Shown here: piece after piece, positions 1 to 9,000 of the stretch
Layout: the number at the start of each line of letters is the position of its first letter
Numbering within the stretch: position 1 is the first letter of the stretch
Translations under genes and position numbers: made by a program
IMG/VR virus record: IMGVR_UViG_3300044624_000829
Span: 1-55,092 of that record
Direction: 5' to 3' (one strand)
Source of the DNA: a virus
Taxonomy: Duplodnaviria > Caudoviricetes
Length of the DNA: 55,092 bases
Notes under the pieces: generated by a model
The model's database searches: none
Told to the model about the DNA's origin: nothing
Seen by the model: only the letters and a program-made list of their open reading frames with translations

Positions 1-3000
1 TTACCCATTTTACCAGCATAAGAACTTTCAAATAAAGCTGATCCAAATATCCATACTTTATCTGTTTCTTTAAACTTAGTTGTTTTAGAAGCTAACTTTT
101 CAGGATATAACCTTTGTATTTCTGTAGCGTAAAATGTTGCAACGCTAGGTTTAGCAATCATATCTGTTTCTTTTCCTATAGCAATAGTAGAACTATTTGC
201 CATTTGTTCATCTACAAAAGAATGTTTAGCTCGCTTTTCTTCTGAAAATGCAATAGATATGTTGTCTTTAGTTTGACCTATTGATTTTGGTCTAATTTCA
301 ATAACGTCTCCTGTATTATCAATACCAAAATAATCCATTAGTATTTCATCTAAAGCTTCTTGTAAATATTCATCTTGAACATGAAATTTAGTTTTGTTAA
401 TTACTGCTACAGGTTTTCCTTTAACAGCATCTAAAAACTCCCAGTTAATATCCAAACCAGGTGAACTTAAATCTAACTCTGCACCTTTTTTAATCTGTTC
501 TGCTTGAGAAGAAGTTGTAGTTGATTGTTGAGTAGATACAATAGCTGGTGCTGTAGGCATACCAGGTTCTAAAGGCATTACTCTTCTCATAGTAATAGTA
601 ATCCTGTGAGAACCGGCAGGATATGTTTTACCATCAATTTTTGTAGTAAGTTCTGGTAAGAATGTATTTTGTGGAGTTGGAAATGTTCTATGCCATACTT
701 CTCTATTAACACCATCTACTCCAAATATATAACCTGTCCCAGCTTCTAAATTTAATTGACCTTCTCCTGGTATTCTTTCAATTGAGAAATTGCCTTTACC
801 GCCAAGATTAATCCCAATTACTGGATACTTGCTAGCTGATCTACTTTCATCTACATCATTATGAGAAGATATAAAAGTATCTTTCTCATAAAGATTAATA
901 ATTGCACCATCATAGTTTGTCATATCAACTCCGGTAGCTTTTTGCATCAGCTCTCTAAATCTTGGTGAAATCTGTCCAAGTGGTTGATCATTAATAGATA
1001 CATCATAATATCCATATTTGTTTTTATTACTTGGATTAATTACATCCGGAATATTAACAGCAGTTCTTCCTACATTGTTACTTTTATAATCCCATCTTAA
1101 ACCAAGACCAATCATTTTACTAGCTTGTGCTCCTTTATTAGTTTTAGCAGCTTGTTCTTCAAGATAGGGTTTTAAATAATCAAACAACTCAAGTTGTTCT
1201 TCTTTAGTTAAAGCAGCTTGATTTACGTATATTCCAGGTACTACTTCTTCACCTTTAGGTTTATTAATATTACTTACTGGTGCTTTAGTTGGTTGAGTAG
1301 ATGGTTGAGTAGACATTGCTGTATCAATAAGCAAGTTATCAAGAGTTAATTTTGGATAAGGAATATTTACTCCATCAAATTTAGTATATGCTTTTACAAG
1401 AACAGTACTTAGATTATTTAAAGCTTTTCCTTCACTTTCAAATTCAAATTCATCAATCATTAAGTTAAGACCTTTTTTACGCTGATACCATTTAGGTACT
1501 GATTCACGTTGGTACACTTCCACAAACTGATCTAACAAAGGAACTTTAATATCTTTCATTGGAATGCCTTGACGCATTTGAGATACCCCTTCTTCTAATT
1601 GTTTTACAATTTCAGAAACACCAATTTCTTCTTCAATTGTGCTATAAAATTTAGATTGGTCTATTATACGAGACAAGTTAGTAATACCAGAACTAGAAGC
1701 TCCAGCTTGTAAAATTGCTAAATGATCAAATAACTCAAATAATTCTGCTACTTCCGGATATTCACTATTTTTTAAATCAGCTAAATTTTCTTTATATGTA
1801 TTAACTAACAATGGATCTTCCAAGTCATCGATATAAAAATTTGCTTTTTGTGTAGCTACTGTGTACTCTCTTCGTAAATCTGCTATAAACTGAAAACGTT
1901 CTTTTAAATCTGGATGTTTTTTCTTCATAGATTCAATCATCGTAACAACACCCATTCTCATATCAAAAAATGCTACATTATTACGAGATCTCCATAAAGC
2001 TAATTTATCTTTTATAAACGAAATAGTATTAGTTGTACTACCCATATAATAATATTTAGCTCGTATTTCTTTATCTGTTAATTGAGAAAATTCAGCTTCT
2101 ATTTTTTCTAATTCAACTCTATATCTTAAATAGTGCCCTTTTGTTGGAAAAAATTCAGTTTCATATTTTATATTAAAGTCTAATATACTTCCTTCAATTA
2201 ATGCGGGACTATAGTAAATTGTATTGCCTTCAACATTTATAGGAACTTGTATATTTTCATTAGCAACAAATTCATAACCATCATAATTTTGAGATTTAAA
2301 AAATGCATTTTGATATAAGAAAAATCCAAAATCATCTTTAAATCCAATATAAGCTAATTCCTTATCAACATTTTTAGGTCTATCTACAAATAAAGATTTC
2401 TTCATTGTCATAGGGTTATTCCTAATGGCAAACCTACTAGCAAAGAGATCAATTATAAATTGATCGTTATTAAATATTCCTAGAATAGATCCAAAAACTC
2501 CATTTTCATCTTTCTCTAACAATTTTTCATACCACATAAAAGGAATGGCCGATTTTGTATTAGCTCTTAATTTTACTAATTCATCAAGTCTTGCTTGATA
2601 TTCTGTTAGAGATTGAGGTTTTTGAGTGTCAAATTTAGTAGCCATTGTAAATGCTGTAAAATCTTCAGCCATATCTTCTACTTGAAAATAATGCGCTAAT
2701 AGTTTATAATGATCAGCTACATTGTCTTCAGTTATATCTTGTGTTACTCTATCAGATAAATACTTATCAGCCATTAAATCTAATGGATTTAAACTATTTG
2801 CCATAAATGCATTGTATTCATCATCTGGCATTATTTCTAACTGATCTTTCATTAGCATTTCTTGATAACGTGCTAATATTTGAGCTCTTGCTACAGTTTT
2901 AGTGTTGTTTGATGCAAATGGAGCCTTTTTGTATTCTTTAGTAATACCACTAAACACACCTTTCATTTCTTCTTTTAGTGTATTATATTCTATTACCATT

Positions 3001-6000
3001 GGCAATGATGCAAAATTAACAACATCATCTACTTTCATTCCGGCCATTACCATTAATAACATTTGCGGAACATTTTGCATATTACCTTGAACATTGAATA
3101 TCCAAGGATTTGCTGCAACATCTACAAAGCCGTTAATTAATTGTCCAATAACATCTTGAATTGTTTTTCCATCAATATTTTCTAAATACCCTAATGCTAT
3201 TTTATTACCATCTTTATTATGTGGAAACTTTATAGTTAACGCTTTTGGAAAACTTGCTAATGTTTCTTTTGCTTTTGCTAATTTATTTTCATTTATAGCT
3301 TCTCCATTTAAAGATCGAGTAACAATAAGTAATGCATCATTATATATTTCTTGTTGCGAATCACTTAATCCATTTAATGTGCCGCCAAATTGAGTTAGTA
3401 ATGCATAATACGTTGAAGTAACCGCAGCAATACCCAATGCATCCATTCCTTTAAAATTCTCTTGGTGCTTTAGTAAGTTATAACGGTAATCAAAAATGGT
3501 ACTATTTGCAATTGTAGAATTTTCATTAATAGGCGCAACAGGTACATTATTACGTATGTCTTCAACAGTTCTATTATCAAACTTATTGTAAGCTTTAGTA
3601 AGCTTTCTACCTAAGTCTGCAGCAATGCCGTCAAACATATCAGTAGAGTTAGGTTCAGCTAAAGATTTAAACATTGAAGGATTTGTAATACGCTGATTTA
3701 ATAGAGATACAATTTTATTTTCAATTGCCTTTCTACTCTTACCGTATAATCTACGTAATGCTAAATCTAATTTTTCATTAGCTTTAGCTAAATCTTCAGA
3801 CTTTAATCTTTCTATTTCATCATCGTATGCAGCATATTCTTCAGAAATAATTTCACCACCCTCAAGTTTTATTTGATCGTGTAGTTTATTAATTTCATCA
3901 TTTAATTCTTTAATTCTAGCTGTTGTACCATTTGGACCATGATGAAATTTATTCTTTTTACTTTGATTCCAATTCTTATATTTTCCTTCTCCTTTAAATA
4001 CTTTTTCTGCTTCTTCTCTTAAAGTTTTACGTTCTGAACGTAAAGAATTCATGTTATCATATACTTCTGAAAGAATTTCTTTTACTTGAGCGCTAACGCT
4101 TTCTTTATTTTTAAAAAGCCATTCTTTACCTGAATATTCTTTATTAATTAAATCTTGAACTTTTTCTACTTCTTGACGTGCTAATTCAACAGCATCTGAT
4201 AATTCAGTGCGCGTTTCCTTAATACCTGGTATGTATTCCGCTAATTCAATATTTCCATTTATGTTAACAATGTTAGGATACAATGAAAACAATTTATCAA
4301 TATCGAAGTCAGATCCAGACTTAGCTACAATTTCAGAAGGTAGAATAACTATAGGTCCTGCAATAGGAGGGAGAAATTCTTTTACCCTAGCTGATTCTAA
4401 CATTGAGAATTGTGATGTAGGAATACGTGTAGCTGGTAATGTAATAAATTCTTCGTATAAATCTAACCATTCTTCATCTAGTAAGGCTTCATTAAGTCTT
4501 TTTAAAGACGCATCAAAGTCTACTTGATATTTAAACTCTTTTGTTTTTTCATCAAAGACAGATTCATATTGAATAATTTTTTGTCCTTTAAATTGTGTGT
4601 ATAAAAGTTTTTTAAAATCTCCTTGTAAAGAAATTTTAATTTCCATGCTTTTTACATATTTAAGATCATTTTCAGATGTAGCAACTGTGCCATCTTCTTT
4701 TAATCCATAATATGTAGATAATCCATTATTACCGTATTGAAATACTTCTTCCGTACTAGCAAGTCTAGGTTTTTCTACAACACCTTCAAGCATTGTTCCC
4801 GGAACTTGCACTAAAGGCTCTCCATTAACTTCCAAACGTCTTAATTCATCATCTGCAAGTTTAATTAACACCTCTTCAATTTTTGAAGAGTTTAATGATA
4901 AAGAAAGATCTGGTATTAACTGGTTAGTAGATTTATCATAAATAAAAGCTACTTCTTCAGCTGTTAATTGTTTATTTGAAAGTTGTTCTTTAATATATTG
5001 AGCAAACTTTTCAGTTGTACCTGAGTATTCTATTTCACCTGTAGTAGGATTAACTACACGTCGTAATCCTAAATCTTCTACAATTTCATCTCTAGCAATA
5101 GCTACTAAATTGTCCATTGTAGAAATATATTCTTGAATCCATTTAAAGTTTTCAGAAGCTGCTAATTTTTCGTTATAAGATAAATTTTTCCACTTCTTGC
5201 GTCCTTTATAATCTCTAGGCACATCGTTCTTATCAAAAAGTCCTGTCAAATTAATTTTACGCATCTGAGAAGGTAAAGTAACTGTGCCATGATAACCTTC
5301 ACTTTGTTGACTTACACTTTTTAAATGTCTTACGTGTATTGTATTTTTTGTAAACTTAATATCTCTATTTAAAGATCTAACATCAATATCTACTTCCTTA
5401 CCATCTATAGTTGTTTTTTCCTTATTAATAACATAAGGATTATCATATTGCGGCCCATCTTGATTTATTCTAACTACGTTAGATAATTTAGAACCAGTTT
5501 GAAAAGTAACGTAATCAATACCTTGTTCCATCATCATTTGATGAACTTGCTCTAATGGAGCACCTTCAATTAATGTAGGTATCAATGGTATAACCGAATA
5601 TTTATGAAATGATATAAGTTGTAATCTAACTTGTTCACTTATATCAGCATTTAATAACGGACCATATTCTTGATATTTACGTACAGGAAAAGTAGCTTTA
5701 ATTTTTAATTGGTTAATGTTTTCTCCACGTAACATAGCTTGATATACATCTTCTTGTTCGTCTGACCATTCTTGATGAGATTTACTTAATAAACGATATG
5801 TGTCAAATGAAATATAAGCTGCGCCATCAGCTTCTTTCATTTCGCTATACTTCTCTTGAGGAATACCTAATACTTCTGCATAATGTTTTCTGTAAACAGA
5901 ATCGGATTTAGCTTCTAATATGATAGCTGTTTGTAAATGACCATTGTAAATTCTTTCTTGATATGTATCAGTTAATCCTAACTCTTGTCTTCTTTCTTGA

Positions 6001-9000
6001 GATAAACTATCAAAATGGTTTTTACTAAACCCATCTCTTTCGTATTTACTTGAATTAATATAATTATACCATGATTCACTATGACGCATCATTCTACCAG
6101 TAGATATTTTACCGGCAATACGTTTATGAAAAGCTTCTTCAGACACTCCATAATTAGCTGGATCACCTAAGAATGTACCGTAATTTAAATTCTGAATGTA
6201 ATTGTTAATTATAAAAATCTGAAATAACCTCATACGAGTTGTAAATTCAGACTCTTCTCCTAGTGTATATTCTTCAGAAATATTATCAGCAACTGTTAAT
6301 ATCTTATCTTTTTCAGTATGCAACTGAGTAGCTCTCCACCCAAAATAATCTTTTAAATCTTTCTCTATATCTTGAATTAAAGTAGGATCAAATTCATTAA
6401 TTGCATCTACAATAGTAAAAGATTCTTCTAATTGTAATTCCTGTAACCGGTCTTTAACAGATTTAGATAATAACGAACTAAACTTAAACCAGGTTTTACC
6501 TCTTGCTAAAAACTTAGGATCAAATAAAACTGTTTCACCATTATCAATACGCTCCTGAACTTTATTTAAACGTGTCATACGTAATAATTCAGATTCAATA
6601 TGACCTTTAAATACATCAAATAATAAAGTTCCGTTATAATTATCCTGATACATTTGAAACGTTTCCAGATTATTTATCCATAAACCTTTACGAATTTCAG
6701 TTTCATTATCTTTTTTAATAGGATGATTTGTAACCATAGAACTACTTTTATCAGAAGTTCTCATGATCTCTTGATAGTTTGCTAAGGTTTGTCCAAAATC
6801 AGTATTAAACTTTGTACGTTCATCAGATTTTCTAGATTTAACACCTTTTTCAACTCCATTATGTACAACTTTTGCACCAGTTAAATGTTGTAATGTTATT
6901 TTAATATCCAAATTTCTTTTACCATAATCACTGTCTGTTTTATCCTTATCCAAATTGTACATTTTTACAATAGTAAGGTTAGCTGAAACTTCCGGATTAT
7001 TTTCATAATTGTAATGTTGCATACCTGGAGTATTAATCAAATCGCTATATACTACAGGTCTATACTCTCCAAGAGTTCGATCATAAATTTCAGTTCTATT
7101 CAATAGTGATAACTCAATTGAAAGAGATGAATGCAAAGACTTAGTAGACATACGTTCACCATATGCCGTATATTCCATAAATGACATCGCTACTTCATCA
7201 AGAGATAAAGCCAGATTAGCAAGTTTAGTTAAATAACCTGTTAGAGATACTTGCTTACTAGAAGATTTGGAATTTTCATTTTGCAAATAATCAAAGGATC
7301 CAAAAACAAATTTTAAATTTGTAATTATTCTTTGAGATTCTTTTATAGCACCTTCTCTATTGACTATTGAATTATAAATATATTCAGTCATTTTAGGTTC
7401 TATATCGTACTCTGCTGAACCTTCTAATAAAATTCGTTGCAACTCTTCTGAATATGAAAAATCAATTCCCAGATCTCTATAAAAACCTACAGGATCCATC
7501 TTCCACATTACTTGTTCTTTAACTTTAATTCCTTCTTTTTCTAATTGATTTCTTCGTTCAATACTTGTAAAGTAATTTGTTTCATCACCTTTAATATAGT
7601 ATGCAATTGCTCCCCATTTATTTTTAATAGCTGTTGGCAACAAACCAGTTTCTAGCTTACCGTTTATAATATCTTCACCATAAACATCTAAAACGCCATC
7701 AATAACATTCTTTTGAAAATCAAAATCCCAATCTTTTATTTGACTATTTGTATTGTTGTGAGTTTTACCTACTTTAGCTATTAACCTACTTTCTTCTTTT
7801 TCAGCATTGTCTTCTTTTTCTAATTGATAAGCCAATAATTTAATGTCAGCTTTATTAAGACTTCTCCAAAAATTTCCCCATTGATCAATCTCAAAAGGAG
7901 TAATATTTGGATTAGTAGGATCACCCAATCTTTCAACTAATTGTTTTAATACATTATCTTTTGCTGAAGCTTTAACTAAAGCGTGATACATTTCTTCTTC
8001 AGTAGTTCCTTTATTAGCAGTAGCATTAACAACTTTAACCAAAGCTGTCGCAAATGGTAATAATTTAGGTATACCCAAACTACTCATATTTGCAACTGTG
8101 CTTCTTCCAGCTTTTTGATAATCGTATAATGTACTTAATATAAATTTTGTAAAGCCGTCAACATCGTCAGCTATTTTCTTTTCTGTTCCTGTTTTATCAA
8201 AATTCCAATCTTCCGGATTTATATCTTTTTCATCTTGTACATATTCAACACCTTTTAAATTAAGCGGTGTAAAATTGTTTAAGAAGATACCCATTATTGA
8301 TGTATTGTCGCCATCTAATGCGTCAAACCCTTCAGTAATTACATTGTAATCACCAAAATATTCTAAGGCTTTACTTAGCATTACTACGTCTTGCAAATCC
8401 GTTCTATTAACTGAAGATTCTATATTAGAAATTGTGGCTTTAGCTTTTTGTACTAAATCTTGATTTAAACTTTCATCCGTTAATGACTGCTTAACTAATT
8501 GCATAGCCTCAATATACGCATCTATTTTTCCTTCTGTAATTCCAGCACCTTTAAGTTTTACTTTACGTAATTGATCCATACGTATTTGAATATATTGAAT
8601 AGCATTCAATAACATTCTAGGATTTCTTTGTAAAGCAATAGAGTTACGTCCACTAAAATTTTCAGCTGACTGTTTATACTTTGTTCTAAAACTTACGGTA
8701 GCTTTTTTAAATCTTTCTTCAAAAGGTTCTATTGCTGTTTTATTTAAAGGATCAATGCGTGCTATATCTATCCATGCTGTTGTGGCCTGGTCAAATATTT
8801 CATCAGATGCAAAAATAGGATTGACTACATTGTCAATATAGTTTACATATAATGTTTGCATTGTTGACATAGCTTTATGCATTTCTGCATTTGTCATATT
8901 TATGTCTTGATCAAATTCAAAACTCTGAAATTTTTCAAAATTACTTTGAGGTGCAACAAATTGAGAAATATCTATTTGTCCATCATATAATTGTTGAAAG

